64,000 nt of DNA from assembly GCA_002269645.1 (NCBI GenBank), contig NIVC01000652.1, forward strand, positions 62,001-126,000. Direction: 5' to 3'. Of the stretch, positions 37,301-53,168 are shown piece by piece (the first letter of the stretch is position 1; every line of letters starts with the position of its first letter). The translations under genes were made by a program, and so were the position numbers. The DNA comes from Macrostomum lignano. Taxonomy: Eukaryota. Under the pieces are notes generated by a model, which worked only from the letters and a program-made list of their open reading frames with translations, made no database searches and was not told where the DNA came from.

Positions 37301-38039
37301 CAGCTGGTGTGTCAGTACACTTGCAGCTGGTGTGTCAGTACACTTGCAGCTGGTGTGTCAGTACACTTGCAGCTGGTGTGTCAGTACACTTGCAGCTGGT
37401 GTGTCAGTACACTTGCAGCTGGTGTGTCAGTACACTTGCAGCTGGTGTGTCAGTACACTTGCAGCTGGTGTGTCAGTACACTTGCAGCTGGTGTGTCAGT
37501 ACACTTGCAGCTGGTGTGTCAGTACACTTGCAGCTGGTGTGTCAGTACACTTGCAGCTGGTGTGTCAGTACACTTGCAGCTGGTGTGTCAGTACACTTGC
37601 AGCTGGTGTGTCAGTACACTTGCAGCTGGTGTGTCAGTACACTTGCAGCTGGTGTGTCAGTACACTTGCAGTTGGTGTGTCAGTACACTTGCAGCTGGTG
37701 TGTCAGTCCTGTCGTTCACGCCGCGACCTTCCCGAACCCCGTAGACAAGCCGCCGGCCGAGTCGCTGCCGAGGCGGCCAAAGCGACAACAGCGGCGGCTG
37801 CGGCGGCAACTGCGGACTCGGACATCTCGCAGCGGGACCCCGCTTGCGTGCCAACGCCGTGGAGCGCCGAGGAGCAGCGGCTGCTGGAGGCCGCGCTGAG
37901 GAAATTCCCGGCCAGCGACCCGGACCGCTGGGACCGCGTGGCCTCCGCCGTGGGCAGCCGGACCAAGCGGGACTGCATGGTCCGCTACAAGGAGTTGGTG
38001 CGGATGATTCAGGCCAAGAAGGCCGCGGCAGCCAAGTAA
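31356..38039 (+). CDS. DNAJC2: DnaJ homolog subfamily C member 2 (MPP11/ZRF1/zuotin), ~644 aa: join(31356..31420,32707..32996,35208..35306,35685..36151,36238..36703,36837..37089,37745..38039)
   Basis: [16 protein letters not shown]-domain HPD ([11 protein letters not shown]), [42 protein letters not shown], two SANT domains ([24 protein letters not shown]; [11 protein letters not shown]...[14 protein letters not shown]); 1935 nt in frame; exon 1 and the 36703/36837 junction are less certain. Confidence 0.93.
31767..32700. repeat. Intronic 36-bp minisatellite
   Basis: CAGCAGGTTTAGTGTGAGTCCGCCCTGACCCCAAAT; degenerate last unit runs into the exon-2 acceptor. Confidence 0.95.
33089..34932. repeat. 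Intronic 18-bp minisatellite
   Basis: AGTAGTATGGAAAGGG(C/T)C units, about 100 copies. Confidence 0.95.
35420..35632. repeat. Intronic 35-bp minisatellite
   Basis: ATGTCCGTGAGTCCCATTGCCCATCTGGATTCCCC about 6 times. Confidence 0.9.
37132..37706. repeat. Intronic 23-bp minisatellite
   Basis: AGTACACTTGCAGCTGGTGTGTC, near perfect. Confidence 0.95.
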
Positions 38040-39857
38040 GCGCCTGCCGAGCCCGTTCTGGCTGGGCTGATGCCAACCACTCCATCTCCCATCTGTTTGG
38101 CCCTCGCCAGAGACACGCCAGGGCCGGCATTCGCCCATTCTTTTTAACTCTGAAGATTCGCCCTTAGCAGTCTCCCCTAAACCCGCGGCCTGAGTTCTGA
38201 GAGCTGCACACCCAGCCCTAAACTGCCCAATCAGCTTGCTATCCAGCTGCTATGACAGCCGCTCGCGATTCTGCTTTCTCTGCAACTGTTTTTCTATCCA
38301 CAGCTCGTTCGCCTCCCCGTCAGGCGGGTCGCGCACAGATGAGATGTCTCCTTATCAAAAATAAACAAAAGTGCATTTCTTGTTCTGCATTGGACATCGC
38401 AGTGCTCTGTGCGGCAGATTTTTGCTCACAATTTGTTTTCGCTTGCAGGTCTTTGTTTCTTTGTTTGTGGATGGAACAGGTGCTAATCACGCTAATAGCG
38501 GAAATTTAAATTTCGGTACGACATCGACTGAGCTGTTTCAAGTTTGTAAAGTGCAACAAAATATTCTTTCTTCTCTTGTACTTTAGTGGGTTTTTAAAAT
38601 ACGCTCGCACATGTAGAATTTTAGTACAAGTTGAATTTCTCTCTAGGAAATGCGTATAAAAACAAAGATTAGCAACTATTTATTGTACAAATGCAAGACA
38701 TATTCGCCCTGCGGCGATTCGCAACTATTTACTTTTGAACCTCGGCTTGACAACAACTCATTGGCATCTCAACAACTCCCCTTGAAAGGCATCTCAAGAA
38801 CTCTGCTCGAGCATTGGCATCTCAACAACTCCTCTTTAGAATTGGCATCTTAACAACTCTGAGGATTTGCATCTTAACAACTTGAACATTGACCGTTTGG
38901 ACCCTCTTCATGTCAGGTTAGCACTATTCATATTGGGAAACAAAGCACAGCATTAATACATTTATATTGCAACATTTGAACTCTGCGATTGGCACCAAGG
39001 CTGGCTTTCATATTAGACGAAGAAAGCTTAAAACTAACTTTTAGACAGCTGTTTTTTGTAATCTGGATTTGGAATAAAATGAGTTTACTCAGACTCGCTC
39101 ACACCGCTGCAATTATTTGAGTCCAATTCTTGTGATGTTAATGGCTGTACATGTTTATCGGCGCCTTGACCGCCGGGTTGAAAAACTTATCCGAGTCAAT
39201 TTAGAGGCCTTCAATGGAAGGCATGCGAGTGCTTGTTATTTATGACACGCCCCTAAATATTTCCAACTTTATTCTGGCGATTCGGAAAACCAACTGCATA
39301 ATATTCTTTAAGCTTAACGCGTGTAAGTTTCTATAGAGTAAACCGTGAATCCACACTACCAAAGCAGCACGTACTACTCGCAGTAGTGCATGGAAAATTC
39401 CGATGCCTGCCCCTGCCCAGTGTCAATGCGCTTGCTCTAAAAGCACTAAAAAATTGTTGACAAACAAAAATACCAGCAGCTAAATATCCAGCCAATTATG
39501 TACGATGTATGCAAGCTGGTAAGATTCACTTAACAACTAAATTAAAAAGTTACCAAAAACAGGTTGTTATTTCTAAGGTTAACTAACTGTTATAATAATC
39601 TAATGAGAGCGGTTAGACTGCAGAGCATTTCCACACTCGGCGAGCACACCTACGTATATTTATTTCTCTTTGCTGAAAACTGGAGGGCAATCGGTGTCGA
39701 GGGGGAAATAAACAATATGGGACAGGTTAATAATTGCGCTGTGCAGAGAGCTCGCGCAGATCAAATTCTGTAAGAGTAGAGTTCCGAGTGCGCAAGAAGC
39801 TAACGGCTAACGTTACTAAGAGTTTAACAGACTCAAAGGCGAGCCTCGCTTTGCTCA

Positions 39858-40197
39858 TTACAGCGGCTTGGACGGCGGCTTCCAAGCCTCGATCTTTGGA
39901 CGCGTGGTTGAGTAGGGCACGTACTCGCGCCTGGGATTAACTCCACTGGGATTTTGCTCGTGGTCGGCCAACCATTTGTGCTGCGGAGAGGGCGGCACCT
40001 TGTTGGGCGGGTCGTCTGTCATGCTGTGCAGCCAGCGGTGCCACTCGGATGGGATCTGGGAGCCGTCGTACTCAAGCCCGTGCTTGGGCGCATAGTGCAC
40101 CCAGCGGTTCCTGCCGAGGAAGTACTCGTTGTTCTCGAAGTACTTGTTGCCATACTTGTCCTCTCCGACCAGCTTGCCCCACTTCAGCTCGTCAGTG
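39858..40197 (-). CDS. NDUFA12: NADH dehydrogenase 1 alpha subcomplex subunit 12, terminal coding exon (phase-2 acceptor); upstream exon not found
   Basis: GKLVGEDKYGNKYFEN...GRNRWVHY...DGSQIPSEWHRWLHSMTDDPP...YVPYSTTRPKIEAWKPP; acceptor TTTCTCACAG before 40197; AATAAA on minus strand near 39660. Confidence 0.92.
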
Positions 40198-40691
40198 CTG
40201 TGAGAAATGGCAGGTGGGAGAGAAGACAAGGCTGAATTCTCAACTGCATTCACATGCTTACATGTATAGTATACCCATACCAATGGTTGAGGACATACAA
40301 GTGAAACAGAATGCAATTTTAAATTTCTTTTAACTTTTTATAATTTGGTTTGATCAAAATAATTATAATATACTCGTAAAAAAGGAATTCAATAATTTAT
40401 TTTTGCAAACCTAAATTATGAATCATATAATCAAATATCAGAAAATTTATAAGACCCAGATCCTAAGTTGCTGGGCCAGCCTCCCAGATCCTCAGTTGCT
40501 GTGGCCCATTACATTGCTAATGGCTAGTATAAACACTCACTTTGTGTAAATAATGACACCAAACTAATCCAATCACTTTTGTATATACAAGGGGTTCCCA
40601 AAAGCAATGTTACTTTTGGTTATATCTCTCATTTTGATGATCCAAATAACATCATTTTGCATTTGCACAATAATTTGGCAACATTCTAAGT

Positions 40692-41997
40692 AAGGAAAGA
40701 GAGGAGTCAGAAGAGGGGAAGAGAAGAGTACACAGTAGAGAGGAGAGTAGAGATGACAGAAGAGAGAGGGGAATGAGGGAGCAAAGATGAGAGTGAACAG
40801 ACGATATAAGAGAGAAGAGAGGAGAGTGGAGAGAGAAGAGAGAAGACAAGAGAGGGAGAGTATAGAAGAGAGAAGAGAAGAGACGAGAAGAAATAAGAAA
40901 GGAAAGAGAGTCCTGAGTCAAAAAAAGGGGAAAGAGATGAGTACAAGAGAGAGGTGAGGGAACATATGAGAGTAAAGATGAGAGATGAGAGAGGGGAGAT
41001 GAGAGAGCAGAAACGAGAGTGAACAGACGAGAGATGGGAGAGTAGAGAGAAAAGAGGAGAGATAAGAAATAAGGGATGAGAGGTGTAGACAGGGGAGAGA
41101 TGAGAAGTGAGTGAAGAGAGAGGAGGGGAATGGAGAGAATCTAGAGGACAGTGAAACTGGTGAAAAGGACGAGAGAGGAGAGGAAAGAGGGAAGAGATTA
41201 GAGAGAAGAGAGATAGGACAGGAGAGAGCAGAGAGATGAGAGGAGAGAGAGAGGGGGAGAGAGAGAAGATAGAAATGAGAAAAGATAAGAGAGAGAGAGA
41301 AGATAAAAGAAGAGATATGAGAGATAAGAGAGCAAAGACGAGAGAGAAGGGAGGTGAGGGAAGAGACGATAGAAGAGATGAGAGCAGAGAGCGGACAGAG
41401 GAGAGGAGAGAGTTGAGAGAAGAGAGGAAAAATGAGAGTTGAGAGAAGAGAGGAAAAGGAGAGAGTAGAGACGAGGGAAGTGTTGAGAGAGGGTAGAGTA
41501 AGGAGTGAGAAGAGGGGAGAGGGAAGAGAGAGTAGAGAGCAGAGAGAAATGAGAAGAGATAAAAGAGGAGAAAGAAGATATGAGAGACCAGAGAGAAGAG
41601 AGGAGAGGAGAAAAAAAGAATAGAGAGAAGAGGGGAGAGAGGAGAGAGGACAGAGGAGAGAAGAAAGAAGAGATAAGAGGAGAGAGAGAGAGAAGAGCCG
41701 AGAGAGAAGATAGGAAACAGAAAAAATGGAAGTTTCAAAGGATGCAAGGGACATAGGTAGAGGCGGAGGCAGAGGCCAGAGTTTGCCTGACATTCTGTGC
41801 AGTACCCCAGCCAACAATATCAATGCTTGCTTCAAATGCTAATTTTACACGAATGTACACTCTATTTTATGTTTAACTCCATCCTAACTATTAACAAGTT
41901 TTTGTTTGAGTATGGGCTCAGATTTCAGAATACATGCAAAAATAGTTCCGGGGATTGGAATTCCCCGGGTTCAAAATCCGCGGGTTTCAACAGCTTG
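40692..41997 (+). mobile_element. 5'-truncated Helitron-like element (unit 1)
   Basis: GA-rich core, conserved ~280-bp 3' segment, GC hairpin CCCCGGGTTCAAAATCCGCGGG and 3' end CAGCTTG. Confidence 0.75.
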
Positions 41998-45085
<3,088 letters not shown>

Positions 45086-48012
45086 TCTCTAACTATAAAA
45101 ATCAAAACTCTGTCTGTGTGTCTGTGTGTGTGTCTGTCTGTGTGTGGACAATTTTGATCGCTATGGACTCCCAAACCGCTCAACCAAATGACACCAAACT
45201 TTACATCCACCCCAAACTCACTACGGAGAATGTCTTAGGCCACCTTTAAATTTCCTAAACTTGAGTCTTCCTACCTAAAAGTGCAAAAAACTGCTCAAAA
45301 TGCGCGATTTTTTTACTAAAGCCTCCATAGCGCCGCTCCACTTCTACCGATCCTCTTCAAATTTGACACAATCAATTTTCAACTATTTTGACACAATCGT
45401 GTAAAATTTCGAGTCTCAAAGTTAATCCTGAACGGCGCTGTGCACTTTTAAAGTTTGGCTGTTTTTTTCAGCGAGACAGCCACCCCAACCTCCGCCCGCC
45501 TCTCTTTCCCGATCTGGGCCCAGATGTGTAAAAGGGTTTCAAAATTGACTAACTTTCAGCTGCCATAAGTTTGCTCCACGTAAAGCGATTGACTTCAAAC
45601 TTGACACAATTCTTCTTTGACTCATTCTCTATCTAAATGTAAAGTTTCAACTCTGTAACTCAACCGAAAAAGAAACTGTAAGCATGTGAAGTTTGTCTGC
45701 TTTTTCTGTTGTTTGTGCCACTCACTCACTCATTCCCCCAGCCCAGACGAAGGTTCAAGCGATAGGGGTCAATGTACATAGCGAATGTACAGTGTTTTGG
45801 AATAACTTTTAAATAGCCTTCTCTGCACCCCCACGCATGGAGAGGCGTGGAGAGGCTACGTTTAGCCATCACAGTTTAGCGAGAGATTCAAACCACTGTC
45901 TTTGTATAGACAAGGCTGCTGCAGACCAGCAGTTCAACAGTGGATGGCAAATCAAGGCGATGCGGAATGGTTTGTAAAAATACTGAAAAATTAATGAATA
46001 ACCGATTACATTGCAACCCTGCTAAATTAGTTACACCATGAACAGTTCACCATTAAGTTTCACTTTAAAATATAGGTACTTAAAAATTTAAATGGCCTCC
46101 TAAGAAATGCGCATTTCCTTGGTTGTTAGACTGCTGCAGACTGTGGTGGTGGAGCTGGAGATACATAAATTCCTCTCAGGGCTGCTAATTGGCCAGAAAG
46201 ATGACGTGATTAAAGCATGAGAAATGATAACAACCATGATAACGTCCCACAAACTGGCTTGGCAGACTTTAACCTCAAAGGCCAGATAAAGAATCCAGCT
46301 CATGGCTGCGGGCCAGACAAGAGTGCAAAGGAGAAGGAATAGGCTATTAGAAGAGAGGAGAGGCGAGCGACATAAGAGAAAAGATAGAAGATAAGAGGGG
46401 AGACGAGGTGAGGAGAGAACAGAGAATATGGGAGGAAGAAGCGAGATGGGGAGAGAGGAGGGAGAGGAAAGAGTAAAGGTGAGAAGAGGAAGAGAGAAAA
46501 GAGGGAGAGATAAGACAGAGGATTGATGAGCGAGGAAGTAGAGAAGAGTGAGAAGAGAGGAGATAGAGAGAGAGTTGAGAGAGATGAGATGAGAAAGGAG
46601 ATATGAGAGAGTAAAGGAAAGAGGAGAGAGGAAAGAGATGAGATTGTAGAGATAAGAGATGAAAGGAGAGATGAGAGATGGAGGAGAGAGCAGAGTGCAG
46701 AGAGACAAGAGAAGAGAATAGAGGGGAGAGAGTATAGAAGAGGGAAGAGAAGGAAGAGAGGAGTCAGAAGAGAGGAAAGAGAAGAGTACACAGGAAAGAG
46801 GAGAGTAGGGATGTCAGAAGAGAGAGGGGGATGAGAGAGCAAAGATGAGAGTGAACAGACGATATATGAGAGGAGAGAGGAGAGCGGAGAGAGAAGACAA
46901 GAGAGAGTATAGAAGAGGGAAGAGAAGAGACGAGAAGAACGAGAAAGGAAAGAGAGCAGTCAAAAAAAGGGAATATAAGAGTACAGAGGAGAGGGGTGTT
47001 CATATGAGAGTAAAGATGACAGATGAGAGAAGGAAGATGAGAGCGCAGAAACGAGAGTGAACAGAAGAGAGATGGGAGAATAGAGAGAAAAGAGGAGAGA
47101 TAATAAATAGGAGATGAGAGATGAGAGATGAGACAAGGGAGAGAGAAGTAAGTGAGGAGAGAGGAAGGGAAGGGAGGGAATCGTGAGGACAGGGGAAAGA
47201 GGGGAAAAGGACAGAAAAGGAAAGAGAGAAGAGAGATGAGAGGAGAGAGAGAGGGAGGAGAAAGGCAGAGGGAGAGGAGAGAGAGCAGAGAGAAATGAGA
47301 AGAGATAAGAGAGAAAAGCTAAAAGAAGAGAAAGGAGAGATAAGAGAGCAAAGACGAGAGAAAAAGAGGTGAGGGAAGAGACAATAAAAGAGATGAGAGG
47401 AGAGAGTGGAGAGAGGAGAAAGGAGAGAGGAGCTGAGATGAGGGAAGTGTTGAGAGGGGGTCCGGTAGAGTAAGGAGTGAGAAGAAGGGAGAGGGAAGAG
47501 AGAGCAGAGAGAAGAGAACGAGTAGAGAGCAGGGAGCAATGAGAAGAGATAAAAGAGGAAAAATTAGAGATGAGAGACCAGAGATAGAGAGGAGAGAGGA
47601 GAGGAGATAGAAAAGAATAGAGGGGAGAGGGAAGAGACGAGAGAAGAGGGGAGAGAGGAGAGAAGACAGAAGAGATGAGAGGAAAGAGAGAAGAGACAAG
47701 AGAGAAGAGACAAGAGAGAAGAGAGGAAACAGAAGAGAAGATAGAAGTTTCAAAGGATCCAAGGGACATAGGGAGACACAAGTAGAGGCCAGAGTTTGCC
47801 TGACATTCTGCGCAGCACCCCAGCCAACAATATCAATGTTTGCCTCAAATCCTAATTTTACACAAGTGTACTCCATTTTATGTTTAACTCTATCTTAACT
47901 ATTAACAAGTTTTTGTTTGAGTTTGATCTCCGATTTTAGAATACATGCAAAAATAGTTCCAGCCAGGGATTGGAATTCCCCGGGTTCAAAATCCGCGGGT
48001 TTCAACAGCTTG
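45086..48012 (+). mobile_element. Non-autonomous Helitron-like element (unit 3, 2927 bp)
   Basis: Same 5' TC start, conserved arms, polypurine core and 3' hairpin/CTTG followed by T. Confidence 0.8.
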
Positions 48013-49826
48013 TATCTTCTAGATACCAACTAGATACATAAAATAATGTATGCTACAAATGAAAAGAGTCGAAAAAAAGAGCTTACTAGAATAGCTAAAA
48101 TTTTTGATGCCATATATAATAAAAAATAACTTATTTGAAACATATAACATGTATATATACATATATAATAGAATAGTACTGAGTCCACTTCTTATTCCTC
48201 ACTATTCTATCACATCCTTATACAGTCCCTTGGCACATTTACTTGCAGAAAAGTATTATGAGTACTGCTATATGCTTTCAATAAATGACTTATTTTTTCT
48301 ATTCATTTTTGCAAGAATTGTTGTCTATTCATCACCTTCTGTATTTCCTATTTAATTGCCATTAAGTTCTTAGACATTAAAAGTTGCTTGTTTTTTAGGC
48401 TTTTAAATAATATTTTTACAATAATTGCCAAATATTATAAGCAAATCTTTATACTTAATATTTTTCATTGATAGAATAATGCTTAATTACCTATTTTAAA
48501 TTGCATTTTAGATAAACCACTTTTGTATCAGAGCTATATATAGTACCTATTTTTATAACTCCCTACTTAATTACCTCTCATTCTATTGTTAGTCCATATA
48601 GCTTGTCTGTAAAAACCACAAAAAATCCTAGATGCTCTTTTAAATACCATATTTAATACAAATTTGTTATTATTTGATTAATACCTATATACTTATTTTT
48701 ATCACCTATGGGATAAATTAAATTGCTATATATCAACTTCATACAATACTTGTTTTTTAATTCCTTACTTAAATACTTTTTGCTTCATTAGTTGTTAAAG
48801 CTTGTTCAAAGTTTTGTAGATAACATTTATATATATTGGAACAAGATTTTATATTATCACTAGACTAGAATGAAACCGACATGCATTCTCCCCCTACTAA
48901 TAATGCTTCTACTTTTGATTAATATGTACAAGTTTTTAAACCATCAAAATTACATGTACTTTCACTTACTATATATATATATACAAGCTGTTGAAACCCG
49001 CGGATTTTGAACCCAGGGAATTCCAATCCCTGGAACTATTTTTGCATGTATTCTGAAATCTAAGGCCATACACAAACAAATTAATAGTTAGTAGGATAGA
49101 GGTAGACATAAAATGGAGCACATTCATGTAAAATTAGGGTTTGAGGCAAACATTGATATTGTTGGCTGGGGTACTCAGCAGAATGCCAGGCAATGTCTGT
49201 CTGACTCTAAAACATGTATTGGCAAACTCTGGCCTCTCCCTGACTCTCCCTATGTCCCTTGGATCCTTTAAAATTTCTATTGTCTCTTCTGTTTCCTTTC
49301 TTCTCTCTTGTCCCTTGTCTCTCCTCTCTCTTCTCTCCTCTCTTCTCTCGTATCTTCCTTCATCTCTTCTCTTTCATCTCTCTTATCTCATCTCTTCCTT
49401 GTTCTTTTCTCTCTCCTCTCCTCTCTCCTTTCTACTTTTCGTTTTCTCTCTGCTCTCCTCTCTCCTCTCTACTTTTTCGTTTTCTCTCTCCTCTCCTCTC
49501 TCCTCTCTCCCCCTCTTTTCTCGTCTCTTCCTTCTCCTCTCTATTCTTTTCTCTCATCTCTTAACTCTCTCCTCTACTCTCTCATCTCTCCTCTCTACTC
49601 TTTCCTCTCTCTCTCTTCTCTCCCCTTTTCTCTCGTCTCTTTCCTCACCTCTTTCCTCTCTCTTTCCTCTTATCTATTTTCTTGTTTTATCTCTTCTCTC
49701 TCCCCTCATCGCTCGTCTCTTCCCTCACCTCTCTTTTCTCTCGTCTGCTCTCTGCTCTTTCATCTCTCCTTTCTCTTCTTTTATCTTTTCTCTCTTATCT
49801 CTTCTCGTTTCTCTCTGCTCTGCTCT

Positions 49827-49888
<62 letters not shown>

Positions 49889-51649
49889 ACCCTCTCTCTC
49901 TCTCTCTTATCTCTCCTCTCCAATCTCTCTTCTCCTCTCTACTCTCTCCCCTTTTCATTCTCCTATTTTCTCTTCTCTCTTCCTGTCTTTCATCTCTCCT
50001 CTAGTCTCTGTAATCTCTTCTCTCTTATCTCTACTCTACCATCTCTCGTCTGTTCATCTGCACTCCCATCTGTCATCTTTACTCTCTTATACGTTCTCTC
50101 ACTTATCTCCTCTGTACTCTTCTCTTTCACCTCTTCTGACTCCTCTCTTTCTCTCCTCTATTATCTTCTCTCGTCTCTCTGCACTCTCCTCTCACCTTTT
50201 TCATCTCTTATCTTTACTCTCTCATCTCTCTTTTCATCTGTCTCATCTCTACAATCTCATCTCTTTCCTCTCTCCTCCTCTTCCCTTTACTCTCTCATCT
50301 CTCCTTTCTCCCCTCTTCTTACACCTCTATCTTATCTCTATCTCTTCTCTTCTCACTCCTCTCTCCCCATCTTATCTCCTCTCTTCTGTATCCTTTCTAC
50401 TCTCTAATCTCTCCTCTCCTCTTGACCCTCTGTCATATTCTTTCTGCTCTCTCATCTCTACTCTCTTCTCACTCTTCTCTACTCTCCTCTCATCGATCCT
50501 CTGTCTCATCTCTCCCCTCTTCTCACCTTTACTATTTCCTCTCCCTCCTTTCTCCCCTCCTCTCGCTTCTTCCTCCCTTCTTCTCTGCTCTCTCCTCACC
50601 ACTTGTCTCTCCTCTTATATTCCATGTTTTCTCATATCCTCTCTCGCCTCTCCTCTCTTCTAATAGTCTATTCCTTCTCCTTTCCACTCTCATCTGGCCC
50701 GCACATAAGCTGGATTCTTTATCTGGCTTTTGAAGTAGAAATCTGGCCATTCCTGCTTGGAAAGCCAGTTTGTGGGACGCAGTACTCTCATGGTTGTTCT
50801 CATGCTTTGATCATGTCATCTTTCTTGCCAATTTGCAGTCCTGAAAGGAATTTGGGTATTTTCAGCTCCACTGCAGTCTGCATCAGTCTAACAACCAAAG
50901 AAATACGCATTTCTTAGGAGGACTTTTAAAATTAAAAGTACTTTTAAGAGAAACTTAAAATTTTCATGGTGTGCCTAATTTAGTAGGGTTGTATTGCATT
51001 GCATCGCCTTTTCATAAATCTTTTGCTTTCACAAACCATGCCAGATGCATGCAATGGCGGGTACAGCACGCCTGTGTAGCATGAGACAGACTAGGCCTAC
51101 GGGCTAAGGTCTGCGATCCTACACACCTGCACCCCCTCTATTCTGGTGCAGGAATGGCAGGAGAACTCTCTCCAAGCTGACTCGCAAGCCGACCCAGGGG
51201 TTCACGCCCCGCATGTGTTCAAGGCAGCTCTAGGGCTGCTGGACTGACTGGGCTCCGGCGGCGGCAACCCATCCGTGGCCTTTTGGCCAAGTTAGGTACG
51301 GGCTCCGCCCGGAAGTGCACCTGTGCGTATCAGGTACCTCTGGCCACGGCTCTGAGGAACAGGTACCACCCTCTGACCTTAACAGGGTATGCGGCCAGTC
51401 CGCAGGCTCCGGAGGCAGTCCTCCTGCTTCCCTCAAGGGCCCAGTGTAGTACCATGCTGATGGTCCTTTGGTTCGGCCTCTGGTTCTTCCAAGCCGGGCT
51501 CTTAGCTAGGAAGTTTCTCGGTTGCTAGCGGTCGGGCTGGTACGGGCTTAAGCCACCCCCCGGTCGCTACCTCTTGGCCTGGTTGTTGGGTTTGGGGTTA
51601 CGGCCCAGCGGCTTCTCACCTTTAGTCTCCACTCGCCTTTCAGCGACTC

Positions 51650-53135
51650 ATGGAGTATTCATTTACCTCCGACACGTCCAAGGCTGCTGGAGCACCAACC
51701 GAGGTTGGCACCGCGGCCCAGCCGGACATTCGCAACACCGGAACCCCCGGTGCCTCTCAATCTGCCGCTGCCGCCGCTCAGGATAATACCGGAGTGGCTG
51801 GACAAGACAGCGGACCTCAGATTTCGAAAAAGAAGGCCCGTAGCATTGCTCGCTACAAAGCCTTTCTCCAGTACAAAGTGCAAAGCGCAAACGGAAGAAT
51901 GCGAAAGCCGCCCCTCCGGCCACCGCTGAGGAGGGTGCCAGTAACTCTGCGAACCCCGCAGAAGAGCCGACATCCGACAAGGGGGTGGACCCCGCGTGCC
52001 GGTCTGATGCGTCAGGTGCTGCCGAAGCTCCTGGTGCGGCTGGCCCCTCCCGTGACCGGACCTCTGCCCGTGTGGAAGCTCCCACAGCCGTGGAGGGATC
52101 CAAAGCGGGGGGCGCTGGCCAAACCACAAAGCCGAAGCGAACCTACGCGGCTATGGCCAAAAGGCAGCCGGCCCTAGTTATCCAAGGCCAGGAGACGCCT
52201 CTTATGGCCAAACAGCTCGACCTTATCTGGCGCAGGTTGGACTCCCACCTGGTCAAGATGGCCTTGAGCGGCACCACTATTTGAGTCAAAAAGACGAAAG
52301 TCGAGGACCAAGCCCTCTATATCCAGCCTACCGACAGCCAGTCAGGACAGCAGCTCCTCGAGCTGCTGAAAACCTTCGACTGGGGTACGGAGCTGGAGAA
52401 CCTGTTCATCTACAGGGAGGACGAGCGACCCCGGACACACCGGCACCGTGCCTGGATCCCAGCTCGCAGCTGCATCACCAAGGCCGACGAGCTGCGTCAC
52501 CTGCTAGTGGCTTCCAACCCGGAGCTACTGGCCAACGGTGTCGTAGTTCACGAGACCATCTCCAAGCTGGGCGGAGACGGTTTCACGGCTATTCTTAGAC
52601 TGTCAGATAGCTGGATGCTCCGCTACCCGGACATGTCCATCATCTCTGTCAGGCTGTTGCAGATTCAACTATTTAGCTTTGAGTCTGACGCCACCCGCCC
52701 ACCGCCCCCAGAGAAGCGTAAGCGGGCAGTGGGGGCTCTGCCGGGCGGAAACGCCCAGGAAAAGAAGCTCCCGGTCGTCACGACCCCTCCGAGGACATGG
52801 ACCCTGTCAGAGGGAAAGCCGCGAAAGCTGCAGCAACAGGCGGACATGGAAAGGGCCAGAAACCCGCCTGGAACACTATCCGCTCTGGTCTGACTCAGCG
52901 CGCGAAGCAGCTGCTGGACACCGCCAAGGCCCCCAACCGCAGCCACCCCCAGCCCAGTGTCACCACTGCGGCCCCCCCCCCCGGAAAACCGGGCCGAGAG
53001 CGAGAATGCCGCCCAGGTAGCAACCTTGCCCTTGACCATGGAATCTATCCGGGAGGAGCCCATGGAGCTGGAGCCTGGAGCTATCGGCAAGGCAGAAGAG
53101 GCAGCTCTCTTGCACAACTCGCCTTGAGCCGGTAG
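51650..53135 (+). pseudogene. LINE ORF1 (gag-like), disrupted
   Basis: ORFs 51650-52177, 51985-52284 and 52507-52893 (last two in one frame, split by TGA) and 52797-53135; RAWIP...LRHLLVASNPEL resembles LOA/R1-type ORF1 (DUF4780-like, from memory). Confidence 0.65.
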
Positions 53136-53168
53136 GAAGCTGCGCAGACCACTCGTGGAATTCCCGGA

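Noticed and set aside
14326-37706. Repeat arrays as CRISPR loci
   Set aside because: Units are directly adjacent with no unique spacers, no cas genes, eukaryotic intron context
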